Shown in pieces: positions 17,069 to 27,875 of a stretch of DNA of 29,411 nucleotides. Source of the DNA: a bacterium (GTDB lineage Bacteria; Hydrothermota; Tepidihabitantia; Tepidihabitantales; Tepidihabitantaceae); NCBI GenBank assembly GCA_046485285.1, contig JAWOHE010000027.1, forward strand, positions 1-29,411, given 5' to 3'. A program made the translations under genes and the position numbers. The notes under the pieces were generated by a model. The model had not been told where the DNA came from and made no database searches. It saw only the letters and a program-made list of their open reading frames with translations. Positions within the stretch are counted from its first letter, which is position 1. The number at the start of each line of letters is the position of its first letter.

Positions 17069-17926
17069 GTGCACCCGGAGAAGGTCCATCCGGACCTTGG
17101 TTTTCCGCTTCGACACCGACTCGGTCTACAGGTCCTGTTCGACTTCGACGACATCGCGGATGCACTGAGGTTCGCGGCCGGTAACGGCTTCGGCGCACTC
17201 GAGCTGAACATGGGTAACCTCGACTTCTGCCGCCAGCTCGCGGACGGCCGGCGGCGCCGGCAGGTGCGCATGCTGGCCAGGCAACTGGGCATTCGGCTTG
17301 CGGTTCACGCCATCGAGGGGCCGTCGCTCTTCGTTCCCGACCGGACGGTCATGCGTACCACGGTGCGAAGCATCAGGCGCCTGCTCGACGAGGCCGAGTC
17401 GGCGGGTATCGAGAACGTAGTGATGCACCTCGGGTTCGAGATGTACTACGCCTGCGAGGGCCGCGGCCGGTATCCCCACGAGCGCTACCCGGACTTCTAC
17501 GAGGCGCTGGTCGGGGATGCGCTGTCCGGCCTGAGGGAGTACGCGCGCGGGCGCGCCCGGCTCTGCATCGAGAACGTCGGTGGGTTCCGGTTCGACTTCG
17601 TGCATCGCCTGCTCAGCCGGCTGTTGAGTGCTGACCTCGGGCTCTGCTATGATGTCGGGCACAACGCCATCCTGCCCGCCACGCCGCGCCGGGCAGAGGC
17701 CACCTTCTACCGCCGCCATGCGCGGCGGGTCTATCACAGCCACCTGCACGACAACCACGGCGAGCGCGACGAGCACCTCGCGCTGGGCCAAGGCGGGGTG
17801 CGGTTCGGACCCTACCTCCGGTTCCTGGCCGGGACGCCCGCCCTGCTCTGCCTCGAGGTTCGGCCGCGGGCCGCTGCGGTCCTGAGTCGCGACTACCTGG
17901 TCCGAGAGGTCCTGGCGCGGCTGTGA
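17069..17926 (+). CDS. Xylose-isomerase-like / AP endonuclease 2 TIM-barrel protein
   Basis: Metal-ligand motifs LCIENV, LCYDVGH, HSHLHDN, DEHLALGQG and CLEV. Confidence 0.85.
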   Translation: MHPEKVHPDLGFPLRHRLGLQVLFDFDDIADALRFAAGNGFGALELNMGNLDFCRQLADGRRRRQVRMLARQLGIRLAVHAIEGPSLFVPDRTVMRTTVRSIRRLLDEAESAGIENVVMHLGFEMYYACEGRGRYPHERYPDFYEALVGDALSGLREYARGRARLCIENVGGFRFDFVHRLLSRLLSADLGLCYDVGHNAILPATPRRAEATFYRRHARRVYHSHLHDNHGERDEHLALGQGGVRFGPYLRFLAGTPALLCLEVRPRAAAVLSRDYLVREVLARL

Positions 17927-17929
17927 GCG

Positions 17930-18907
17930 GTGCGGGCACTCGTTACCGGCGCCAATGGTTTCATCGGATCGCACCTGTGCGAGCATCTGCTCGAACAGGG
18001 ACACCCGGTGCGGGCCATGGTGCGGCAGACAAGCGACCTGCGCTGGCTCGCGGGCCTTCCGGTCGAGCTGGCCCGGGGAAGCCTGGAGGACTCCGGATCG
18101 CTCGGCGCGGCGGTTCGGGGCGTCGACTGGGTGTTTCACACCGCCGCCAGCCTGCGTCCGCGGCGACGCGAAGACTACTTCCGCGTCAACACCGAAGGAA
18201 CGCGAATGCTGGCTGAAGCCTGCATCGAGGCCGGGGTCGGCCGGTTCGTGCTGTTCTCGAGCGTGGCGGCAGCGGGCCCGGCCGCGGCGGCGGACCGTCC
18301 GGCGCGCGAGAGCGACGAGCCGCGGCCGGTCAGCCGTTACGGCGAAGGCAAACTCCGGGCCGAGCGCGTGCTCGGCGAGTTGGGGAATCGACTGGCCTCG
18401 GTCATCCTGCGGTTTCCGGCGGTCTACGGCCCGCGCGACCGCGACGGTCTTACGCTGTTTGCGGCGATGAAGCGCGGGCTGGCGGTCGAGATCGCCCTCC
18501 ACCTGTCACTGGTCTACGTGAAGGACGCGGTCCGGGCCGCGCTTCTGGCGGCAGAGCGGGCAACCCGGCCGGCCGCATTGTACTACGTGTCGGACGGGCA
18601 GTGCTACGAGTTCGGGGAGCTCGTCCGCGTCGCAGGCCGCCAACTGGGTTGCCGGCCGGTAAGCGTCCGGCTGCCGCGCTGGGCGCTGCGGGTCGCCGCC
18701 GCCATTGGCGAACGACTGGGCCGGGGAGGTTCGATTCTGAACCGGGACAAGGTTCGCGAACTCGAGCAGGGCTGCTGGGTTTGCGACCCGGCGGCGGCGT
18801 GCGCCGAACTCGGGTTCGTTCCGGCGTATTCCCTTGAGCGGGGTCTTGCCGAGACCATCGAGTGGTACGAGGAGCACGGATGGCTGACAAAGACAAGGAC
18901 CGTCTGA
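17930..18907 (+). CDS. NAD-dependent epimerase/dehydratase (extended SDR)
   Basis: TGANGFIG, VFHTAA, SSVAAAG, catalytic YGEGK and AVYGPRD motifs. Confidence 0.9.
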   Translation: MRALVTGANGFIGSHLCEHLLEQGHPVRAMVRQTSDLRWLAGLPVELARGSLEDSGSLGAAVRGVDWVFHTAASLRPRRREDYFRVNTEGTRMLAEACIEAGVGRFVLFSSVAAAGPAAAADRPARESDEPRPVSRYGEGKLRAERVLGELGNRLASVILRFPAVYGPRDRDGLTLFAAMKRGLAVEIALHLSLVYVKDAVRAALLAAERATRPAALYYVSDGQCYEFGELVRVAGRQLGCRPVSVRLPRWALRVAAAIGERLGRGGSILNRDKVRELEQGCWVCDPAAACAELGFVPAYSLERGLAETIEWYEEHGWLTKTRTV

Positions 18908-19167
18908 GCCGGCTCGAGGAACAGTGCCGCGAGCGCGGCATTCAACTCGTCTACGACGAACTCCAGACCGAGGGCGGGTACTGCCGCCTGCGCGACAGCC
19001 ACTACATCATCATCAACCGCCGGGCGGCGACAGGGACGCGGGCGCGGATAATCGTCGACGTCCTTGCCCGACTCGAGGTCCCGAGCGCGCCGCAACTCGC
19101 GCCGGCCGCAACCGCCACCGCGCCCGGCGAACTTCCCGCAGAACTGCAGGCCGAAGGCCGGCCGTAG
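18880..19167 (+). CDS. Small hypothetical protein, 95 aa
   Basis: ATG 18880 with SD GAGGAG; typical GC3 codon usage; protein-like sequence GIQLVYDELQTEGGYCRL...IIINRRA. Confidence 0.7.
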   Translation: MADKDKDRLSRLEEQCRERGIQLVYDELQTEGGYCRLRDSHYIIINRRAATGTRARIIVDVLARLEVPSAPQLAPAATATAPGELPAELQAEGRP

Positions 19168-19193
19168 CGGCCGGCCTTCGTACTCTGTTTTCT
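19152..19193. terminator. Hairpin at a convergent gene junction, probable terminator
   Basis: Perfect 13-bp stem CGAAGGCCGGCCG (19152-19164) / CGGCCGGCCTTCG (19168-19180) with TAG loop, followed by TACTCTGTTTTCT. Confidence 0.6.
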
Positions 19194-19197
19194 CGCG

Positions 19198-19701
19198 CTA
19201 GCCGACCTCGACGAAGCTGGTCCCGGCTGCGTTGCAGATCGGGCACTTGTCCGGCGCCTGATCGTAGACGGTGTTGCCGCATACCAGGCACACATAGATC
19301 TTTCGCTCTGGCAGGTCACCGCCCGACTCAACCGCCTTGAGCGCCCCGGCGTAGAGTTCGTGGTGGATCTTCTCGACCGCCAGCGCGAACCGGAAGGAGA
19401 TCTCGGCCGGCTTGTGTCCGTCTTTCATGGCTTGGTCAAGAAACCCCGGGTACATCGTGACGAACTCGTGGTTCTCGCCGGCCAGCGCGACCCGGAGGTT
19501 GTCGGCCGTGGTATTGACCGCGCCAAGCGCACGCAGGTGGGCGTGGGCGTGGATGGTCTCAGCCTCGGCCGCGGCACGGAAGAGCCGTGCGACGCCCGGC
19601 TGGCCTTCCTGGTCGGCCCGGCGGGCGAACGCGAGGTACTTGCGGTTGGCCTGGCTCTCGCCGGCGAAGGCGGCCTCGAGATTCTCGATGGTCTTGGACA
19701 C
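19198..19701 (-). CDS. rbr: Rubrerythrin, 167 aa
   Basis: GTG 19701 with SD GGAGGA; T.ENL.AAFAGESQANRKY, EAETIHA, GENHE...MYP and VEKIH motifs; rubredoxin-like CLVCG...CPIC. Confidence 0.93.
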   Translation of the reverse strand: MSKTIENLEAAFAGESQANRKYLAFARRADQEGQPGVARLFRAAAEAETIHAHAHLRALGAVNTTADNLRVALAGENHEFVTMYPGFLDQAMKDGHKPAEISFRFALAVEKIHHELYAGALKAVESGGDLPERKIYVCLVCGNTVYDQAPDKCPICNAAGTSFVEVG

Positions 19702-19712
19702 GTTTCCTCCAG

Positions 19713-20444
19713 TTATCTGTCCTTGATCTGTGCGAGCAGGACACGCGCCTCGGGCTTGTCGTCGAGCTCGAAGTCGGCAGGGTATTTCGGGTTGGCGGTC
19801 GCGATGAGACGGTTGAGCTCGGCCCGAGCCTCGGCCCAGCGCTTCTGCTTGACGAGTACGTGGGCGAGGTCGAGCCTGATGACGGTGTAGTCGGGGTCGA
19901 GATCGAGCCCGCGGCGGAGGTATTGCTCGGACCTGCCGAGATCGCCGCCAACGAAACCGGGCAGTTCGTAGTAGAGGACCCCGAGCGCGTCGTAGGCGGT
20001 GGAGTGCCCCGGGTCGAGTTCGAGCACCCGACTGAACGCCGCCTTGAGCGAAGGCACCATGAACAGCGAGTTGAGGACGCCCCTGGTCTGGCCGATGCGT
20101 CCCTGGGCGACACCCCACCACATGTGGCCGAGCGGGTTCTGGTCATTGCGGACTCGGAGCGTGTCGGCGATGGCCTGGGCGCGGGCGTAAAGAGCCAGCT
20201 TACGGTTCTTGCCCTTCGCGTCGTCGCCGAGCTGGATGTGGATTCGCGACCAGAGGTAGAGGCAGCGTTCGTGGGCGGGCTCGAGCCGGCGACCGCGGGC
20301 AAGCAGTGCCTTCGCCGAGTCGAGCCGGCCGACGCCCTCGTGGCGATTGAAGAGCTGCCACTCGGCGCGGTCACACAGCGCGTCGACGGCGCTGCCGGCC
20401 GTCGTGAGGGTGCAGAGCGCGAGCAGGATTGTCAGTGTTCTCAC
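19713..20444 (-). CDS. Secreted TPR-repeat protein (RMDN / TatT-like helical repeat)
   Basis: Signal peptide MRTLTILLALCTLTTAGS; GHMWWGVAQGRIG..RGVL.SL, LELDP...AY.ALG.LY.ELPG..GGD and LDLDP..IRL.LA motifs. GTGA overlap with the ligase. Confidence 0.75.
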   Translation of the reverse strand: MRTLTILLALCTLTTAGSAVDALCDRAEWQLFNRHEGVGRLDSAKALLARGRRLEPAHERCLYLWSRIHIQLGDDAKGKNRKLALYARAQAIADTLRVRNDQNPLGHMWWGVAQGRIGQTRGVLNSLFMVPSLKAAFSRVLELDPGHSTAYDALGVLYYELPGFVGGDLGRSEQYLRRGLDLDPDYTVIRLDLAHVLVKQKRWAEARAELNRLIATANPKYPADFELDDKPEARVLLAQIKDR

Positions 20445-22242
20445 AGCTGTTTCTCCCCGTACATTCGTTCGATCTCGTCGCGGTAGGCGAGTTCGACGCG
20501 TGGCCGGCGCAGCTTCAGCGTCGGGGTCATCAGCCCGTTCTCGACCGTGAAGGGCTCGGGAATCAGCCGGAACGCGCGGACCTGCTCGTACTGGGCAAAG
20601 CCGGCGAGGATGTGCCGGATTTCGTCGTCGTAGAGCGACCGGACGCGCGGGTTGTCGAGCAGTCGCCCGGATGGGTCGGCGGCGATGCCCTGCTCGCGGA
20701 CATACTCATCGAGCACGAGCCGGCTCGGCACGATGAGGGCGGTGAGATGCGGCCGGCGGTCGCCAATGACCATCGCCTGCTCGATATACTTCGAACCGGT
20801 CAGGGCCTGTTCGATTGGCACCGGCGCGATGTTCTTGCCGTAGGAGTTGACGATTATCTCCTTGATCCGGCCGGTGATGATGAGATTGCCGTGATCATCG
20901 AACCGCCCCAAATCACCGGTGTGGAACCAGCCTTCAGCGTCGATGACCTCGGCGGTCTCCTTCGGCTTGTTGAGGTAGCCCTTCATCACGTTCGGGCCCC
21001 GGACAAGGATCTCGCCCGAGTCGGCGATGCGCACCTCGACGCCCGGAAAAGGCTTGCCGACGGTGCCGACGCGGACGTCGTCGGGCAGGCCGGCGCAGAC
21101 GACCGGCGCCGTCTCGGTCAGGCCGTAGCCTTCGAGGATCGTGAAGCCGAGGTTGCTGAAGATCCGGGCGAGTTTGCGGTCGAGCGGCGCCCCGCCGGAG
21201 ACGATCAGCCTGATGCGGCCGCCGCCGAGCTTGTGGAGCTTGCGAACGACGAGCAGGCCGAGCAGCCAGTGCTTGAGCCGCAGTCCGAGCCCGGGCCGCT
21301 GTTTCTTCGCCGCGAGCCGGGCCCAGCGGCCGTAGGTGCGCAGGGCCGCGAGCATCAGCTTGCGCGGCAGTGCCGGGCCGGCGAGGACCTTCTCGGTGAC
21401 GGTGTTGTAGACCTTCTCGAGTACCCGGGGAACGAGGATCACCAGTGTCGGCTTGACCTCGCGGACGTCCTGGGCAATGGTCTGGAGGGATTCGGCGTAG
21501 GCGATCGTCGCCCCGGAGAGCAGCATGCTGTAGTAGCCGCAGGTGCGTTCGAACATGTGACAGAGCGGGAGGAAGCTGACCAGCGAGTCCGCGGGCCCGA
21601 GCTTGAACATCCGGATCGCGGCGTGGACGTTCGACAGGATGTTGGCGTGCGTGAGCATCGTTCCCTTGGGCTCGCCGGTCGTGCCCGAGGTGTAGACGAC
21701 GGTGACGAGGTCGTCGGGCGCAGATTCGTGTGACGCGCGGAGGCCGGGGTCGCGGGCGAGCGCCTCGGCCCCGGATGCCCGCAGCAGTTCGAACGAGAAC
21801 AGCGTCTTGCCGGCCCGGCTTTCGGGGCCATGGCTGAAGAGGACGATGACGTCCTTGAGCAGGGGGGCGGACTCGAGCACCGAGAGCACGACGGTGAACA
21901 ACTCCGGCGTCTCGACGACGAGATGGGTGACCTCGGCATCGCGCAGGATGTAGCCGACCGCCTCCGCGGGCAGAGTGTGGTAGACCGGGACGACGACCGC
22001 GCCGAGCTTCATGATCGCGAGATCGGCGACGACCCATTCCGGCCGGTTGTAGGAGTAGATGCCGACCCGGTCGCCGGGCCGGACACCGCGCGCGGAAAGC
22101 CCGGCCGCGACCTCGTCGATCATCCGTGCGAGCGCCGCGAAGGTTGTTGGGCGGTAGCGACCGTCAACCCGGTTCATCAGTGCGGCCTGCTGCGGATAGC
22201 GGGCCGCGGTTTCGGCGAAGCTGGCGTAGATTGTGTCGGCCA

Positions 22243-22243
<1 letters not shown>
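20441..22243 (-). CDS. Long-chain fatty-acid--CoA ligase (FadD15/ACSL type)
   Basis: YTSGTTGEPKG, SFLPLCHMFER, GYGLTE, FHTGDLG, GRIKEIIV..GKNIAP and TPTLKLRR motifs. Confidence 0.92.
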
Positions 22244-23448
<1,205 letters not shown>

Positions 23449-23455
23449 CCCGGTG

Positions 23456-23484
23456 AAAATAGCGGTCGGGCGGCGGCAAGTCAA
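23456..23484 (-). promoter_or_regulatory. Putative sigma70 promoter, leaderless, for the lipid operon
   Basis: Minus strand TTGACT (23484-23479), 17 bp, TATTTT (23461-23456), 7 nt, ATG 23448. Confidence 0.6.
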
Positions 23485-23520
23485 GGGCGGCGGGCGTCGT
23501 GGGCGGCAGGCGCGTTGGAC

Positions 23521-23548
23521 TTGAACCCGGATGAGGTTTGCCTAGCAT
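23521..23548 (+). promoter_or_regulatory. Putative sigma70 promoter, leaderless, for the OFOR operon
   Basis: TTGAAC (23521-23526), 16 bp, TAGCAT (23543-23548), 6 nt, GTG 23555. Confidence 0.6.
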
Positions 23549-23554
23549 CAGGGC

Positions 23555-25276
23555 GTGCCCGACGTGACGGTGACGATCGCCGGCGAGGCCGGCCAGGGAA
23601 TCCGGCTGGCCGGACAGACACTGACGCGGCTGTTCGCGCGCGACGGCTACCATGTGTTTGCCTGGCCGGACGTGATGTCGCGGATCCGCGGCGGCCACAA
23701 CCTGACCCAGATCCGGGTCAGCGACCGGCCGGTCCAGTGCGTCGGCCCGGACGTCAACCTGCTGCTGGCGCTCGACGAGTTCTCGGCCGGCGCGCATCTC
23801 GACGAGATCGTCGCGGACGGGGTCGTCGTCGCCGAGGGCGACGGCGAGGTCGAGACGCACGGCCGGGCGCAGGTCGTGCGGGTGCCGTTCGTGAGGCTGG
23901 CCGAGGAGCAGGGCGGGGCGAAGGTGTACTCGAGCGCGGTGGCGCTGGGCGCGATGGTCGCGCTGGTCGGCCAGCCGCTCGATTCGCTCGGCGCGCTGCT
24001 CCGGGCGAGCTTCGAGCACAAGGGCGACGAGGTCGTCGGCGCCAACCTCAGGTGCGCGAAAGCCGGGTTCGATGCGGTCGAGGCCAGGTACCACCGGCAG
24101 TGCCCGTGCCGGGTGCCCCGTCTGGGCGGGCGGCCGAAACTGCTGCTCACCGGGAACGAGGCGGTCGGCTACGGCACGCTCTGTGCCGGGGTCCGGGTGT
24201 ATTCCGGCTACCCGATGTCGCCGGCCACCGGCGTGATGGAGTACCTCGCCGGGCGCCAGGCCGGGTTCGACCTCGTGGTGGAGCAGGCCGAGGACGAAAT
24301 CGCGGCAATCAACATCGCGCTGGGGGCGAGCTGGGCCGGGGCCCGGGCGATGACCGCGACCTCGGGCGGCGGGTTCGCGTTGATGGTCGAGGCGCTCGGG
24401 CTGGCCGGGATCGCCGAGCTGCCGGTCGTTGTCGTGATTGCCCAGCGGCCCGGCCCGGCGACCGGGTTCCCGACCCGGCACGAGCAGGCGGAACTGCTCT
24501 ACGCGCTGAACGCCTCGCAGGACGAGTTCCCGCGCTTCGTGCTCGCGCCAGCCGGCGCGGAGGAGGCGGCTTACGCCACCTGCCGCGCGTTCGAGCTCGC
24601 CGGCCGGTTTCAGGTGCCGGCGATCGTGCTGTCCGACCAGCAGCTGGCCGACTCCTCCTGGACGCTTGACGAGTTCGACCGCGACCGGCTCCAGGCCTCG
24701 GACGACTTCGCGCACGACCCGGCGGCCGGTGTTGAGCCCCGGGCGTTTCGTCGCTACGAGCTGACCGTGAGCGGGGTATCGCCCCGGATCCGGCCCGGCC
24801 GCCCGGGCCAGTTCGTCCGGTCGATGGGCTCCGAGCACGACGAGGCCGGGTTCGCGACCGAGAACGCGGCCAACCGGCGCCGGATGCACGCAAAGCGCCT
24901 GCGCAAGGCGGCGGCGATGGCCCGGGAGTTCGGCGCGGTCGAGGCCTTCCCGAGCGAGCCGGCCCGGGTTCTTGTCGCCTGTTTCGGCTCGACGCGGGGA
25001 GCGGTGCGCGAGGCCGTCGCGGCGCTCCGACAGGATGGAGTCGAGGTCGCGATGCTGTTCCTGCCCGAACTCTGGCCGTTCCCGGCCGCCGAGGTCGAGG
25101 CGCGGCTCGCGAACTGCCGGCGACTGGTGACGGTCGAACAGAACTCGACCGGCCAGCTCGGCCGGCTCTTCACGCGGATGACCCGGCGCCGGCCTGACGC
25201 GGAGATTCTCAAGTACGACGGCCGGCCATTCAGCGGCGCGGCGCTGGTCGAGCGCATCGGCGAGGTCGCGGGATGA
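23555..25276 (+). CDS. 2-oxoacid:ferredoxin oxidoreductase alpha subunit (gamma-alpha fusion), copy 1
   Basis: AGEAGQG, SRIRGGH, GYPMSP, EQAEDEIAA, TATSGGGF and QRPGPATG.PT..EQ motifs. Confidence 0.93.
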   Translation: MPDVTVTIAGEAGQGIRLAGQTLTRLFARDGYHVFAWPDVMSRIRGGHNLTQIRVSDRPVQCVGPDVNLLLALDEFSAGAHLDEIVADGVVVAEGDGEVETHGRAQVVRVPFVRLAEEQGGAKVYSSAVALGAMVALVGQPLDSLGALLRASFEHKGDEVVGANLRCAKAGFDAVEARYHRQCPCRVPRLGGRPKLLLTGNEAVGYGTLCAGVRVYSGYPMSPATGVMEYLAGRQAGFDLVVEQAEDEIAAINIALGASWAGARAMTATSGGGFALMVEALGLAGIAELPVVVVIAQRPGPATGFPTRHEQAELLYALNASQDEFPRFVLAPAGAEEAAYATCRAFELAGRFQVPAIVLSDQQLADSSWTLDEFDRDRLQASDDFAHDPAAGVEPRAFRRYELTVSGVSPRIRPGRPGQFVRSMGSEHDEAGFATENAANRRRMHAKRLRKAAAMAREFGAVEAFPSEPARVLVACFGSTRGAVREAVAALRQDGVEVAMLFLPELWPFPAAEVEARLANCRRLVTVEQNSTGQLGRLFTRMTRRRPDAEILKYDGRPFSGAALVERIGEVAG

Positions 25277-26178
25277 GCGGACGGCTGAACGAGGTCGAGC
25301 GGACCTGGTGCCCGGGTTGCGGCGATTTCGCGATCCTCGATGCGGTCGCGGCAGCGCTTGACGAGCTCGGACTTGAGCCAGAGCAGGTCGCGGTCGTCTC
25401 CGGCATCGGCCAGGCCGGCAAGCTGCCCCACTACCTGCACTGCAACTTCCTGCACGGGCTCCACGGCCGGGCCCTGGCCCACGCGCTCGGCGTCCGGCTG
25501 GCCAGCCCGGAGCTCACCGTCATCGCGGTCGGCGGTGACGGCGACATCTACGGAGAGGGCGGCAACCACCTCCTGCACGCCTTCCGCCGCAACCCGGACA
25601 TCGCCTGCGTCGTCCACAACAACGGCGTCTACGGGCTGACCAAGGGCCAGCCCGCGCCGACCGGCGCGCAGGGCGCGGTGACCCGGCTCAGCCCGCACGG
25701 CACCGCCGCACCCGCATTCAACCCGCTCGCGGCCGCGCTCGCGGCCGGCGCGACGTTTGTCGCCCGGGGCTTCGCCGGCGCGGCGGAACAGCTTGCCGGA
25801 ATCATCGCGGCCGCGGTCCGGCACCGGGGCTTCGGGTTCGTGGACGTGCTCCAGCCCTGCGTGAGCTTTAACCGCGTCAACACCTGGCAGTGGTACCGCG
25901 AGCGGGTCGAGCCGCTCGCGGACGGGCACGACCCGGTCGACCTCGACGCGGCCTTCCGGGTCGCGCTCGAATGGCCGGGCGGCGAGCGCATCCCGACCGG
26001 CATCATCTACCGGGTCGAACGGGCGGTATTCGAGGACGGCTTCCCGGCCCTGCGCGACCGCCCAGGTCGCGGACCGGGTCCGGACCACCCTCATCCTTCC
26101 CTCCCCCTCAAGGGGGAGGGAATTGAAGGGAGGGGGCGGCCAGCTCGGCTGAACCGGCTGGCCGAGGAGTTCCGCTGA
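25273..26178 (+). CDS. 2-oxoacid:ferredoxin oxidoreductase beta subunit, copy 1
   Basis: WCPGCG, HGLHGR, TPP motif GGDGD...NN.VYGLTKGQ, LQPCVSFN. Confidence 0.93.
   Translation: MSGRLNEVERTWCPGCGDFAILDAVAAALDELGLEPEQVAVVSGIGQAGKLPHYLHCNFLHGLHGRALAHALGVRLASPELTVIAVGGDGDIYGEGGNHLLHAFRRNPDIACVVHNNGVYGLTKGQPAPTGAQGAVTRLSPHGTAAPAFNPLAAALAAGATFVARGFAGAAEQLAGIIAAAVRHRGFGFVDVLQPCVSFNRVNTWQWYRERVEPLADGHDPVDLDAAFRVALEWPGGERIPTGIIYRVERAVFEDGFPALRDRPGRGPGPDHPHPSLPLKGEGIEGRGRPARLNRLAEEFR
26088..26136. repeat. REP-like palindrome inside the beta-1 coding sequence
   Basis: Perfect 11-bp stem TTCCCTCCCCC (26097-26107), loop TCAA, GGGGGAGGGAA (26112-26122), flanked by CCCTCATCC and GGGAGGGGG. Confidence 0.75.
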
Positions 26179-27875
26179 TGGAACTGCGCATCATCATCTC
26201 GGCCGCGGCCGGCCAGGGCCTGCAGGTCGCCTCGCGCCTGCTGGGCCGGGCGCTGGTCGCCGCGGGCTGGCACGCGCTCGCGACGATGGACACCGAGTCG
26301 CGGATCCGGGGCGGGCACAACTTCTGCCGCCTGCGGGTGAGCGGCCGGCCGGTCTCGGCCGAGCCGGACCGGGCCGACCTGCTCGTCGCGCTCGCGCCCG
26401 GGCTGGTCCGGCCCCACACCCACGAGCTGGCAGGGCGCGCGGTCGTACTGGTCGACGACGAGCACGGCAGTCTGCCCCGGGGCGGCTTCCGGGTCGTCCA
26501 CCTGCCGCTGCACGCGCTCGCGGTCGAGCACGGCGGCGAGCGGACCTCGAACTCGGTCGCGCTCGGCGCGGTCGTGGCGATGCTCGACCTCGAATTCGGG
26601 TTCCTCGAGCAGGAGCTCTGGGCCGGTTTCGCCGGACGCGGCGGGATGGTGGAGAAGAACATTGACAGTGCCCGGGGCGGGTACGAGGCCTGCCGCCGGG
26701 CGACCGCGCCGATCGCCCGGCTCCGGCCGGTCCCGGGCGCGCCCCGGCGTCGGTTTGTCACCGGCGCGGACGCGCTCGCGCTGGGCGCGATCGCGGCTGG
26801 CGCGCGCTACTGCGCCGGGTATCCGATGTCGCCCGGGACCGGGGTGCTCGAGGCCTGTGCGAGGTTCGCGGACCGGGCCGGGATGGTCGTCGAGCAGGCC
26901 GAGGACGAGGTCGCGGCGGTCAACCAGGCCTGCGGTGCGTCGTTTGGCGGCGCGCCCGCCATCGTCGCGACCGCGGGCGGCGGGCTGTGCCTGATGAACG
27001 AGGGCCTGAGTCTGGCCGGAGCCACCGAGACGGGCGTCGTCGTGATGTCCGGGATGCGGCCCGGCCCGGCGACCGGCCTCGCCACCCGGACCGCCCAGGC
27101 CGACCTGCTGTTCGCGCTGTCCTGCGGGCACGGCGAGTTTCCCCGGGCGGTGCTCTGCCCGGCCGACGGCGAGGCGGCGTTCCGGGCCGCGTCCCGCGCG
27201 GTCCGGCTCGCCGTGCAGTACCAGGTCCCGGTCATCCTGCTCTTTGACCAGTGGCTGGCGGACGCGCGCTGGACGGTCGAGAAGTTCAAGTTCGAGACCG
27301 CGCCCGGGCCGGACCGCCACGAGGGGCCGGTCGGCGGCTACCGGCGCTACGCGTTCACCGCGAGCGGCATCTCGCCGCGCATCCTGCCCGGTACACCCGG
27401 CGAGCTGGTCTACGTCGACTCGGACGAACACACCGAGGCCGGCCACATCACCGAGTCGGCCGAAGTCCGCAACGAGATGGTCGGCAAGCGCGCGCGCAAG
27501 GCCGCGCTCCTCGCACGGGAGATCGCGCTGCCCGAGCGGTGGCCGGACGAGGACGCGGACGCGCTGGTCGCCTGCTTCGGCTCGACGCGGGGCACGGTGG
27601 CCGAGTCGGTTACCCGCCTGCGCCGGGCCGGCCGGTCGGTCGCGATGCTCCACTTCGGCGAAATCTGGCCGTTCCCGGCCGCGGCGACCATCGCGCTCGC
27701 CCGGCACAGCCGGCGGCTGTTCACGGTCGAGGGCAATGCCACCGCCCAGCTCGGCCAGCTCATCGCGCAGGAGTGCGGGCTCCGGGCCGCAGGCTCGGTG
27801 CTCCACTACGACGGCCGGCAGTTCGGGGTCGAGGAGGTCCGCGGGGCGCTCGAGCGCCGGTTGCGGGAGGACTAG
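26178..27875 (+). CDS. 2-oxoacid:ferredoxin oxidoreductase alpha subunit, copy 2
   Basis: AAAGQG, ESRIRGGH, GYPMSP, EQAEDEVAA, RPGPATG and DSDEH motifs; TGATG coupling. Confidence 0.92.
   Translation: MELRIIISAAAGQGLQVASRLLGRALVAAGWHALATMDTESRIRGGHNFCRLRVSGRPVSAEPDRADLLVALAPGLVRPHTHELAGRAVVLVDDEHGSLPRGGFRVVHLPLHALAVEHGGERTSNSVALGAVVAMLDLEFGFLEQELWAGFAGRGGMVEKNIDSARGGYEACRRATAPIARLRPVPGAPRRRFVTGADALALGAIAAGARYCAGYPMSPGTGVLEACARFADRAGMVVEQAEDEVAAVNQACGASFGGAPAIVATAGGGLCLMNEGLSLAGATETGVVVMSGMRPGPATGLATRTAQADLLFALSCGHGEFPRAVLCPADGEAAFRAASRAVRLAVQYQVPVILLFDQWLADARWTVEKFKFETAPGPDRHEGPVGGYRRYAFTASGISPRILPGTPGELVYVDSDEHTEAGHITESAEVRNEMVGKRARKAALLAREIALPERWPDEDADALVACFGSTRGTVAESVTRLRRAGRSVAMLHFGEIWPFPAAATIALARHSRRLFTVEGNATAQLGQLIAQECGLRAAGSVLHYDGRQFGVEEVRGALERRLRED

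Noticed and set aside
17930-18907. Calling the SDR rmlD or galE
   Set aside because: It lacks RmlD-type GQLG and STDYVFDG motifs and GalE-specific motifs, and it lies in a separate transcription unit.
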